DNA from: Podarcis bocagei
Lineage: Eukaryota
DNA: 64,000 nucleotides
Reading direction: 5' to 3' (one strand)
Assembly: GCA_964188305.1 (NCBI GenBank)
Contig: OZ076887.1
Shown: piece by piece, positions 1-12,700 of the stretch
Position numbering within the stretch: the first letter of the stretch is position 1
How the letters are laid out: every line of letters begins with the position of its first letter
Notes under the pieces: model-generated
What the model saw: only the letters and a program-made list of their open reading frames with translations
Databases searched by the model: none
What the model was told of the DNA's origin: nothing
Position numbers and translations under genes: made by a program

Positions 1-548
1 GGAGCCGGAGTAAACTCTCAACAGTGAGAGAGTGCAGTGGGTTTGCTTGCTTTCTCCATCTTGAATCACAGAGTTGGAAGGAACCCTGAGGCTCATCTAG
101 GGGTTGGGAGAGTTATTGAATTCTACCAGAAATGCTACATTGATTGCTATTGCTCAGGGGCATATTTATACAAGAGGCGTAGGAATAATGGGAGTCATAG
201 TTCTATGAGGAATAGATCTCAAGCAGAGAATTCTCAGCATCCTTTCCTGATCTCAGATTTCCTGATTTCCAGGATTTGGGGGAAGAAAACCATAACAGTT
301 AAACTGGCCTAAAACCTCTCTTCAAAAAGCAGGGCTTCTCACTAAAGGGCAAATCTCATGTCACTTTCAAGCGAAGTACATCGTCATGCTAATTTTCTAA
401 ATTATGGGTGTATGGAGCAGTTTGAAAATAAGTACATGTTAAAATCAGACCTTTTTTAAAAACAAAAAACAAAACATTGATTAATAAATAGGAAATAATT
501 TTATTGTATTTGCTTTTATAATGTATTTTTTCCCCGGTAACCCTCCAG

Positions 549-702
549 AGAAGCATTTTTATCATCTGGAAATGTTTCTGCCTATCAGAGCATTACGGAT
601 CACATTTACCATGGGTTGCCTCCCATAAGTAACACCATTGTTGGAAGTGCCTTTGCTTCCCAGCTCCGGCTTCCACAGCCCCTAGATCCACATGGCCACA
701 GA
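549..702 (+). CDS. CCDC162: CCDC162-like exon (EAFLSSGNVSAYQ...PLDPHGHR)
   Basis: ctccag acceptor, gtgagt donor, open frame. Confidence 0.7.
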
Positions 703-3700
703 GTGAGTAAAATAGTCTTCCAAAGATTCCTCTTCCTTAACTGTTTCCTTCTCTTTTGTATTATTGTTAGCTGTGCAATCAGCACAGGGCTATATGTATG
801 TGTCTCTTTGTTGAAAAAGCCAAGATGTCTCCTTGGGGTATTTTCTCAAAATACAAAAGGTTTCATCACAACAGTCTCCAGGTTTTTTTAGCTGTTTCTC
901 TTTTCGCCAGTCCACCAGCAGTGGCATAACTGATGTCAAAATTTGAGCCTTTTGAGTCTCTTGCATCCTAAATCTGATGATGGCTTAGGACCCAAAGCAC
1001 TTGGTTCACCTCCTTATGGCAGCCAATGGTCTCTTCTCTTACTTGGGTGGTTCCCTGCTTGTGGTAGGCAGGTGGCCCAACTCTTTTGCTGTGTGGCACA
1101 ATCTGTGGTCTTAACTGCCATCACAAGACAGCACAGTGTGGATAGCATGCAAAGGTGCAGTTTTTGCACAGTCAAGCCTGGTGGCTCATTAACTGGAAAC
1201 TAGCAGCTGCTGTGGGCACAGGACAGAATTGTCTGCCAAAAGCAGATCACTGCTGTGCACTGCCCCTGGATCAACTGGTATCTTGGGTCTAACTATATTA
1301 ATGATATAATTAGCAATCACATTGTGGGCTTTCAAAAATTAAATACCAGGTGCATGGAGGGTGGGAGGGCAGAGAATGTCATCATTGGCATCACAGCCTA
1401 TAGGGAGAGGGTTTTAAGTCTTCCCTCCCCAACTGCAATTTCAGTAAAAATTCACCTTCCCCTCACATGGCAGCTAGCATTATTAGGAAAATACATCTTG
1501 TTTATGTCAATGCAAGTTTTCTCCTAATACTATTTGCTGTATGGGGGGGTGTGGATTTGAGAAAGGCTTAAGCCTCCCCATGTATTGCTATGCATATACA
1601 GTGGTACCTCGGGTTAAGTACTTAATTCGTTTCGGAGGTCCGTTCTTAACCTGAAACTATTCTTAACCAGAATTACCTCTTTAGCTAATGGGGCCTCCCA
1701 CTGCTGCCACGCTGCCGGAGCACAATTTTTGTTCTCATCCTGAAGCAAAGTTCATAACCCGAGGTACCACTGTAACGTTTATCCCCCTCCAGCTTTTCTC
1801 TGATCTGGTATTTAGAGTTGCATCCAGTGAAGTTACAGTGGTACCTCAGGTTACAGACACCTTGGGTTACAGGTTACAGACTCCACTAACCAAGAAATAG
1901 TACCTGTAAGCACTGAGCAGCTGTTGGCTAGTTCCATCAAGTCCCACAGGGGTCTTCTTTTGTACCTGGCTTGATTTCAAGCTGAACCGTAACGGATAAA
2001 AGGAAAGAATGGGGGCAGGATTTGGTGAAATTGGGTAGCCTTACTGCCACTTTCTGCCTAGCAGAGAAAGGTGCATACTGTTAGTGAAACTGCATTTTAG
2101 GATATTTGGTTTATATGTGCTTGTAGCTTAATATTACATTTTTAAGTTGCAACTCTTTGTTTCTAGGCAGTGTTGTTGTTCCCATGGAGAACATTCCTAG
2201 CAAACACAGGTCCATTTCCTGTTATTATCAGCAACCTAGACCCCATAAACTATAATATGCAGGTATGGTACTCTTATTACCTCTAAGGTGCATATAAAAT
2301 TCAACTGGGGGCTGCCATCCCTACTCACCAACCCAACTTAGAATTGTTTTTATGTGCAGTTGTCCTTAACCGATTTTATATATGTATCCTTAATATATGT
2401 CATTATATTGTAAATTGCTTTGAGGTGCCTCGTCATGGGAAGCGATTCATTCATAAATAAATAAATAAATAAATAAAGTATTTTGCAAGTAAAAATTGAC
2501 TGACTGACCTTTCTAGCTATGTCTGTGTGGACTGAACGATGAGGATCGAAAAGTAGTCCATGGGGAGCTGGTCGAGATGCAGCTTGCAATGGATGATGTA
2601 CTCTGGAGTAATTATGAGGGTCTGAATGGTCATGGAGAACAGAGAGCATCTTTTGGAAAGGTAAATTAGAGACAGCAACTCACTGACATCTGGCACCATC
2701 TTTGCATGAACAGTCCAGTTTAACTAATGTGGTTTTTATTCCTTTTTTGTAAAAAGATCTAGTCAGGTTTCAAGTTAAACAAAATCACATGGTTGCAGCG
2801 CTTGCTGGAATGTAGCATGTTAGAAGATATATATTAGAATTGTGTACTACTGTATATATGAATACAAAACCTCTGCATGTAAACTGGCAAGCGTGTCTGG
2901 CAGAAGTGACTTACACAAGTGGCACAGTAGATGACTGAGCCAATCAGAATGCTAACAAATGTGGTGTACAGTTTTGTATCTCTTGAGGTTCTTCTCTTTA
3001 TCAATGTGAGTAGTATGAGGTGATGCAGCTTTTGTGTCTAGAACATCTGCTCTGCTACATTTTCTCTGCCTGCAACACTGGCAACACTAGTTAACACTGT
3101 AATGCAGCCCTGCCTGTCACTGTACAGTTATTCGGTCTCTCTAATCCTCCCTCACATATACGCAGAGAAGTCCAATCTCCCTTCAATTCACTTAGTATGG
3201 AATGGTTTTTGTGTAGGAGAAGCAGAAAGGATAGCTTCCAGCCCTTCTGCCAGCTTCTGAGGGCATGGCTGGCTTGTGAGTGGCTGATCAAAAGCCACCT
3301 GTCAATCAGAGCACACCTGGGTCAAGAGATGATTGTAACCAACAGACCTTTGTTCTCCATACTCCATCTGACTTTCAGTGCTGCTACGTCATGTGTGAGG
3401 AGACCAGAAGCAGCTACAGCAGGATAGATACAACTGAACTAAAATGGTTTTCTTAATTTTCTTAAAAGCACCATTCTGCCTCTTCCCTTTGTCATCCTAA
3501 CTTTTATTCTTAATTAACTTATTAATATTGGCTGTTCAGTTTGTGTATGCATTTCTGCCAGGCTCAATTATTTCTTCCTCCTGTGCCTAGACCATTTGGC
3601 TTCATGCTTCACGTGCATTTATAAGTGGGATTTGACAGAGAAAAACAAGCTACCTTGGGCTCTGGTGAGAGACCAGGAAGCTGGGTGCTTTCTCTCTGTT

Positions 3701-6700
3701 TCTCCTCATATAAATATTTACCTTGGACCCTCAGGTTTCATATTCCCCACCGCCAGATTGGATGGCATGTAAGGAAAGTGTGGTAGGTATCTACTTGAGA
3801 GTCCCTAGCATGGCTAGCCTATCCAGACTGGCAGTCATGGCAGGAAGAGAGAGTAAAAGTCTTCCCTGCCATTATAAATGTATTCTGGCTTTAAGCTTCT
3901 CTGTCTGACGCTTTCCCCACAATGATTTTAGCAGAATTTGGCAATGACAACTGAAGCAAGTGGAAAGACTTCAAAAGCACTGTTGGAGCTGCCTGATTCT
4001 GTGGCTTCAAGTTCCTTGCAGAAATCTTACCTGATACTGTGGAAGCAACTGGAAATTTTAAAAGCAGAATGGGGGAGGCTTAAATTAAAAGTTGATGATA
4101 TCAACACAGTTCCTCTATACAAGCAATTTACTGAACAATATGGGTAAGTTCCATTTCCATGTAATAGATTTTGGAGTGAAGGTTAATCATCAACAGTGCA
4201 GACAACAAAGTAAAGAAAGAAACAGTACTCAGTGCTTTTTTGTTTTCCTGGGTTTTTCTTGCTCTTTTATTATAAATTTGATTTCATTTTCAACAGTTAA
4301 AACTAGATTACTAGGAAACACGGCATTTCAAAATCTTGTCTATAAAAAAGTGGGGTGGGATGGAAAGGAAAATAAAGTGGAAAAGGGCTTTCTTTTCCTT
4401 GGCTTTCTCCACTGAAATCAGAAACCAACCACAGAGTGTTTAATAAGGCACAAGGATGCAGGAACCTGCCCCACCCACCCTGCCCATGGTACATTATGAT
4501 GACTAAGTTACTGTATAATGTGATTCATAAGGAAAGCATTTTACTTGTATTCCAGTCATCCTCAACAACCTTATGAGTGGCAAGAGAGTTACTTTCTTGC
4601 TTGCAATCAGCCAGTTAGAAATGTGATCTGTGAGGCTTGTGGTCTCACACACAGTGTAGATGATCAGTTGTAGGTTTACTGATGGTTGGTGAGAGGGACA
4701 AAGGACCATTTTATCAGTCCAGTTAGATCCCATCTCACACTTGCCAGGTAAATCTTTTAACTCCTTTAGGGAAATTGCGAGGAGATGGCTGACACGGGAT
4801 CAGGGAAGTGGCTCTCTTGACAATGTATCACTAGGATTTCTTGATTTTCCTGCCAAACAGGATTCAATTAGGTGCTTTTTGAGTGTTTAGGAAAAGGAAC
4901 ATGCCTTATTCTGGAGGCATAATTTAGTCAGAAGTTCAGATTTTGCCACATTCCCAACATGGAATTCGCCTTCTTCACTTTACACTTACACTGCCCATTT
5001 ACCCAGTTTAGAGAGATTCTTCACAATTCCTTTCTGTTCTAACACCCTTGAAAAAAAATTGTATTTTCATTAAACCTGGCTACCTCAATCACAATGAGTC
5101 TCAATCCTTTATGAACAAGTTTAAAGGCACATAGAAAAGTGTAATATTGAGGGCATGCTAGAAACCAATGCAAAATAAATGGAAAACATTAAACAAGAGA
5201 AATTAAGCATGTACAATGTCTGTATCTCTGCATTTGTCTAGTACTGAAGTTCTGTATCCTGCTATGAGAAGCATGGCTATACATATGGGTATAGAAGATG
5301 ATCTTGAAGGATTTGGATTGACATATCACTCTATTCTGCCCCCTAAAGATGCTTCAGAAACTGAGATAAAAACACACCAGGTAAAACATAGCTAACGGAC
5401 AAGCAGAATACAAAAAGAGAATGATTTTATACTTTTTAAAATTGTAGTAAAATATAGTTTCTGTGGTACATTAGAATCCCATACATTAGAATCCTTCCCA
5501 GCAGCTTAAGATAGTACAAATGCTGTGAGTTGTCTGTCCATATTTTACTTGTTGCAAACAAATCCTTAACATGACTATGCTCCCTACATAATGGCTGACT
5601 AAGCCTCCACCGCCCTACACACACACATCCACCCTGATCTTGCACACACAGGTAGCCTGAATAGTATCTGCAGGCTGAAGAAGCTACCTTAACAGTTTTC
5701 TTCAAGCAGAAGTTTTGTATCTGGCTCTGAAGCTGTTTGGAAAGTTTGCAGAGGCATATACGATAGTGGCTTGTGCTCCTAGCAAATGGTTCAGATAACC
5801 TTAGACAACAAGGCCCACCAAACCAAATGCCTCTCAGCAGGTATTTGTTGGAAACATGCTTATACCAAATAAAACTATTGCTCCAGCCATTGCTTACACA
5901 GTATTGTTTACACAGCCTGGCAGTGACTCTGCCTCTGAGCTGAAATGTTTGGTGACTTGCTTGGGGCTTGATAACTGTCCTGTTTTTCCTGTCCCCACCA
6001 AGCAGCAAAAAAACCAGAAAGTTTATACATTCATCAGGTCAAAAGGCCTGAGTCAACCTTTTTGACAGGTCAGTCCTCAGCTCACAGCATTGCTCCTGAT
6101 GCTCTCTGACAATAACTATCAAAATATTGTTTGTATAAAAATGTACTTTTGCTAGGTTTATGATTTTTTAAAGCTGTCAGGCTGTCACTTGATTAAAGAA
6201 ATCTGGCAATTAATCAAATTAATTTTCATAGTTTAATCAATTAAATACACATAAATAAGTCATTGTTTTGAAGAAAAAGCATACTGTTTTAATATAGTGC
6301 ATGCAAATGTTGTACCACTGTAGATGTGCGCTTTCCTATTACTTGAGAGCACAGGGAGACTGCCTCTTCCAAGACAGACTTGCAGTCTCATAAGTACTAT
6401 CATTTTAAAAACAATACACTTTAAAATAGGTGTTGTCTATTTAATTCAGATCCCATTTTAGTCTATTTTAAAATACATTAAGGTGATTGATTTAAAATTT
6501 TAACCCCTTGATCAATTAATGATTTTAGGCCTTAAAAATGATTAAAGCTGCTGCTGCCTCATTTAGAGTTTGGCCTTTACCTTGTCATTTTAGGAAGTCT
6601 AAAGTGACCATATACTTTCTGAAGAAACATGGCTTCTGAAGGTTAAATGAAGATATAGTTAAAAGCAAGCTAGTTTTTTCTGCTTTTTTATCCTAGCTGC

Positions 6701-9700
6701 AAAAACTCTTGGAAAGTCTAGAAATACATATGATCCGTGATGTACAAAAGAAAGTTAACAAAGAAATAACGCTGGTTATATCTGAAAAAACAAGAGAAGA
6801 AAGAAACCTCTCTACAGGTAACGACTGAACCCATCTTGCATCTAGCTTCTACTCCGAGTTCTGTTTTGACCGGGGGGGGGGGGGAGTGAGAAACAACACC
6901 CAGTAGTTGCTTGTGTACATACCACAGTCACTATGTCAGCACCACCCTGAATTTCTCCATATATCATCTGTCTTTGGTGGTTAGCCATGACCCACATAAT
7001 ACTTTCTTCAAAGCGCTGCAACTAAGGAGTCATGGAGAAAGTTGCCACACTAAAAAACACTAAAGCTGGTCACTTGGAGATGCTTTCTTCAAACAGCAAG
7101 TGTAAAGAGGCCTCTGCATATACAGTGGTACCTCGGGTTAAGTACTTAATTCGTTCCGGAGGTCCGTACTTAACCTGAAACTGTTCTTAACCTGAAGCAC
7201 CACTTTAGCTTATGGGGCCTCCTGCTGCTGCCGCGCCGCCGGAGCACGATTTCTGTTCTCATCCTGAAGCAAAGTTCTTAACCTGAAGCACTATTTCTGG
7301 GTTAGTGGAGGCTGTAACCTGAAGCGTATGTAACCTGAAGCGTATGTATCCTGAAGCATATGTAACTCGAGGTACCACTGTATTCAGCAGCCCACATTTG
7401 TGTCGTGTTAAGCCAGAGGTAACCAACACTGTGTCCTCCAGACATTGTTTCATGTCCTTCTCATTCCACTTTTATCAGCATGTGGGATACATCACTCTTG
7501 CTGCACCTACAGGTTTTCTTTTTCTTACAGAACAGTGGGACTTGTGCTCTGTCAAAGAGCATGACGTACGTCTATAATAATGATAATGATTATGATAACA
7601 TCATTAGTCACATTCAGGCACCCTTTGTCTGCCTGCAATTATGATCTGTGCTCATGCACATTTGGGTTTCTTTATATTTTTTTTAAAAAGTAGCAGAGTA
7701 GGACTTGTGCTCCATCAAAAAGCCTGTCACATCGCAAGATACCCAGTGTTAGTCATACTCAAGGTAGACTGAGGCTTCCATATTTTATTACTCTGAAGAT
7801 TGAAGAAAAAGACCCCCCAACCACCAACAAACAAAAACTTGTTGTTTCAGAGCTCTGGAAACATCATGGCATGCAAGAAATCTTCTCTGTCACAAGGCCA
7901 GAAATTGTTGAATCATTTGTACAGAAGCTAATGGAAAATCACCAAGAAACTGATGCAGAGGTACATAAATTGTTTTTCTTTTCCAGTGATTGAAATCTCG
8001 TGGGGCAAAATAACTGCATAACTTAGGTTTTTCTTGCTGAAATATGTGCTGCGCTACAGGCATTTTCTGCTAGAGATAAGTACTGTCAGTCATATCTAAG
8101 TCATACTGAAAGGAGACCCATTGAAATCAGTGGACTTAAGTTAGTTGTCACTATGATTTAGTCAGATACCATCCAATGAGTCTGTTTAAGCATGTTCTCC
8201 AATTTTCATATTCCAAATTATTTTGCTGGACCCAGGGCACACACTTTCCTGGAAATGCTGTTTTTACATCCTCCATGGGCACAAGCTGTGTTTATCCCAT
8301 GGTTAAGGAGAAAGTTCTCTTGCATATTTTTAAATTTAAATATTTCACCATCTAGCCTAAGAAGATACATTTTAGAGCTGGGTCCTGCCTGGCAGAAATT
8401 ATTAAACCTGGCTACTGAATCAAATAAATTATCCATCTAGCCTAGAAGTAGCCAAAATGGTGTTCTCCAGTTGCTGTTTGAATGCAGTTCCCATCAGGCC
8501 CTGTCAGCATGGCCACTAGCCAATGGTTAGGCATGATGGGAGTTGTGGTCCAGCAACATCTGGGGGCATTGCATTGGCTACCCCTGATCTAGTTGATCCT
8601 GATTGGTGGAAGGTACTAAGGATCATTTTGGAGGTTTAGGCTGTCCTATGCATCATACCAGAAATCTTCAAGCAGAAATTCTGGTGACAGGACCTTAGAT
8701 ATATGTGCTCTGGCACCAGTGAATAATGGAGGAACCAGTGGAAGTGAATAGATTTATCTGTGTGACCATCAGAAAAACCTGACAGTTTCATTTTTTGTTT
8801 CCCCCTCAGATAACCTTTCCGAAAGACCACTTACAAAAATGCTTCACTGCTCTGGGTTGTGATGTCATGGCCAGAGAACGCAGCAACTTTGAGACCTACT
8901 CCATGTTTTATGAAAATTTACTCCGTCAGCAACATCATCTCCTCTATCAAAAAGAACAAGTATTCTCATACTGTTGATTGTGGTGGAAGAGGGGTCATGT
9001 GCTGCATTGATTGCTCGGCCAAACAAGTAAAAAAATGGTCGATTGAGGCTTTTGATGGAGAAACCAAATGAAAAATGCTTTTTCATTCTCTTTCAGGAAA
9101 TGCATGCTGTAGAAGACAAGCGAGGAAATGCTGAGCTGGGTCTTAGTCAGGTTAGTAGCAGTAGTTTTATTGTTTATTGTAACCTCAGGAATATCTCTCA
9201 GGGCCTGGCATCTTAATCCCCCCGTTACTCATTTTTGAGAAAACGAGTTATAGCATAGCATTTTTCTCACCTTTTGCTAGGTAGCAGAGCTGAGTCATGA
9301 GATGATTATGGAAATGATGGCTCTGAGAGCTAGAATTGCTGATCTCCAAGAAGAAGCCCATGGCCTCAGAGATAAGATCAGGAAAGAAGTGCAAGAAGAT
9401 TATGAAGCATTGGTGCAAAACATATTTATGATCTGTCTGCAACTAAAAGTAGGTACAGAAGTAAGACTTAATTGGATACAGCCCATGACTTGGATTATAT
9501 TGGAAATCACAAAGGCCATTTCCTTTGGATTCCTGTCCATAGATTTATATTCTAAGAAAGTTGTGTTTGTTATAGTGGCATGGTTTCTTGTTTTGGTTTG
9601 TAAGTCTATGGATATACAAAGCCAGGACTCCAGGCTATAGCCAGCCTCCTCTGCAACATCTGCCTGCTGGTTGTGTGAATGTGATACCTAGCAGTACTCT

Positions 9701-12700
9701 CATGACCTTTTCAGCATTTCTTTGATGCAGGTTTCTTTTGTGCAGTAACCTGTTAGTTATTGCAACATATCTGGATATATTTTTTTTAATGGAGCACTTC
9801 CATTGCAGAAGAATCACCTTATTTCAGAAATAAATCATTTTGTTGCTGGAAAAATAATAATAATAATAATTATATTTTAAGGAAATCTTATGGAATTACT
9901 TGCCTTCCTTTAAATTCATGTACATTATGTGGCATGTGCAGTTTATGGCTTCTTCTTGTGGTTGCAGGGAAGAGTGGATGAATATCGTCTAAGCATGAGC
10001 CAACGCATATTTGAGATCATCAGTGAGGTGAGAAGAGAAGGAGTGGACAAAATGATTGACTTGAAGAAAAAGTACGGCTCCACAAAAGATAACAAGACAC
10101 TCAAAGAACATTTGGCTCAGGTAAGTGTGAGAAATGTGGTTTTAAAGAATGTTTTCTAGAAAAGGAATTCATAGGCCCAATTAAAATGCCCAGTGCCAAA
10201 AGAACTTGGAAGAGCATGTTCTTGCTGTTGTGGAGACCCTCCTCCCATAGGAACCATTTGGGGCACAAAGGCCCCAGGGTCAGGCCCTCATCAGGTGATC
10301 TTTCTGAGCTGAGACAAGGGCCGGCATCTGCAAGGAACAGAGTGAGCACAGTAGAAGGATGTACCTCATTGGTGGAATGTTGTTCACCTATAGATATGCC
10401 CTACAGGCAAGCTGCCCACTTTAATTAAACTGGTGGTCTCCCCCCCCCCCCATGGGCCTTTAAACATAGGGCTCATTATAAGAGACGGCTTTAATGGATT
10501 TTCTTGTGTTATGGTTTATTTATTTATTACATTTGTAACCTGTCCTTCCTCCCAGAGGAAATGAGGGTAGTTAGCTGCTGTAGTGTAGCAGCGAAAGGAG
10601 TGAGCTATCAGACAGGAAGTTCCTAGTTTGCATCTCGCCTCTGTCATGAACTTCAGGCCAGCTACTCTCTCTCTTTCACCCTCACTTCCTCTCCACCTGC
10701 AGTACTGGGAACAGTAACACTGACTCATTTAACATTTGCATAATGAGTTCAAGTGTTCATAGCACTTCACATGTATTATATGCCTATTATCCTTATAGTG
10801 ACTCTGTTAAGTATTACTATAATGTTTATTATAATGAGCCTTGCTCGGCAAATCCAACGTTGGGTGGAATGTAGTTAAGCAGAGAAATAAATATGGTTTG
10901 GCTTAAAACAAAAGTTGTTTCTTTCCTAGAAAGTTCTGAAGCTGAAATGCACCTGTGCTTAAAATGGGCATTCTTATGTTTTTGAAGTGTTCTGTTTTAT
11001 GATTTTAAAATCATAAAACAGAATCATAAAATCATAGGGTAGGTTGTAAATTTATATGTTGGTTCTTGCTCATCAAATCATTCATATGGACTCTTAGAGT
11101 TTTGCTTGTATGAGACCACACAGAGTAGCCAAGATGCTAACTGTTCAGATTATTGACTTTCTAAAAAAGCAGATGTTCTGGAAGATAAATATAGTACAAA
11201 TGGAGGAGAAAGCTCATATATCAGATTTAACCCAGAACTGGAGAAATAAAACCCATTATAGATACTTTGTGTGCGTCATTGTGGGCACAGCTGTAATGCA
11301 AAAATAAAAATTTCAGAGCTTAGCTCCATGTGATAATAAGCCAAAGCCACTGGTTTGCATAACAGCCACAGAGTGAATACTTTGATTTCAGATATGGGTG
11401 TGTTATCATGGATGCACACTTTAGTGACTTAAGTTTCTGCTGAGTGTTCACTTTTCTTTTTTCACAAGTACAGACTCTGATGCTTATTCTTAAAAGTGCA
11501 TAGTCAAGCAGCTGCTGGAGCTTACCTTGACTAGAATTATCTGCCTTCTTAGCAGGGGCACCTGCAAGCACTACAGGATGAAAACAACCAGTTGAGAGTT
11601 CTGCTATGCAAACTGAAGGCGATGAGCTGCTGGAAAGAAACAGTGCAAAAAGCACGCTCATCTGCCACATTGAGAGAAATGGAGAAGGTGAGAGCCCCCC
11701 CCCAAGCCTGTTGAAATAAAGACATTCTACATAATTGAAATAAAGAGAATAATTTGTTCTTTAGTGAAAAGGGCCATTGGCTTCAGCCACGTATACTTGG
11801 TAATACCAGTGAGTGACTGCATGAAGAGCGAGATGCATCCTTTTCCTTAGAACAGTCTATTTAATTCTTAGCCCATGAAAAAACTGAACTGCATATTAGG
11901 GCCAGTTCAAGCAGACACTAATCAGTGAGCCGTCAGGAATGCATACACACCTTACAAAACTGTGCATGATATCTAGGGGCAGATGAACCTGCCAATTTTT
12001 GTTTCTCTCCATTTTTTTAAGTTCAGTTCTCCAAATTTCAGATCAGTTTGCAACTTTCTTTTTTAAAAATATATTCATGAAAATTCACATTCTTGTGTGA
12101 ATTTATCCTAACATACACACTTTTGCAAACCATTATTTCTAATGGAACACATTTTTGTACTTTGTTTTCATGAATGCATTTCAAGTACACCCAATATATC
12201 CATTTTTGAACATATTTGTTTGGTTGGAGAATTCAGAGAAATGCAAATTTGAAACAATGGCTGTGTTTGGGTTCCACATATGTTTGTCAGTTATGTATGG
12301 AGGTATGATGAATGTGTGAACAAGAACTCAGAAAGTCCGCCTGCTTCTCTCTGCCAGTTTAACTGTAATAAAATAGTTATGAGATTAGTAGCTCTGGCTT
12401 TCATTCTTCTCCTTTGATGCGTGATGTGCTCACATGATTGTCTCACTTCACAGATCTTGATTTATCATACCACTGCAAAAGTTTCCAAAAATAACCATGC
12501 CATCTGGTGTTGAGCCTGATTGTAGCCACATAATGCAAAATCAGAAGCTTGACAAGTGCTGTAGTTGTAAGATGCCACTTCAGTGCATGTCTGTGAAATA
12601 CCTCTTGCCACCTACAAATGACTGTATGCATCAACCCTTTCCCACAAAGAATGTGGTGGGGATTACTTACGCTAACCTGGCACTGTATGTGGTTATTTTA

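Noticed and set aside
5436-6008. 190-aa antisense ORF in a CCDC162 intron
   Set aside because: Non-ATG start, no motifs, no splice support.
7300-7380. Short regularly spaced repeats resembling a CRISPR array
   Set aside because: Subterminal repeats of a MITE with no unique spacers, in vertebrate DNA.
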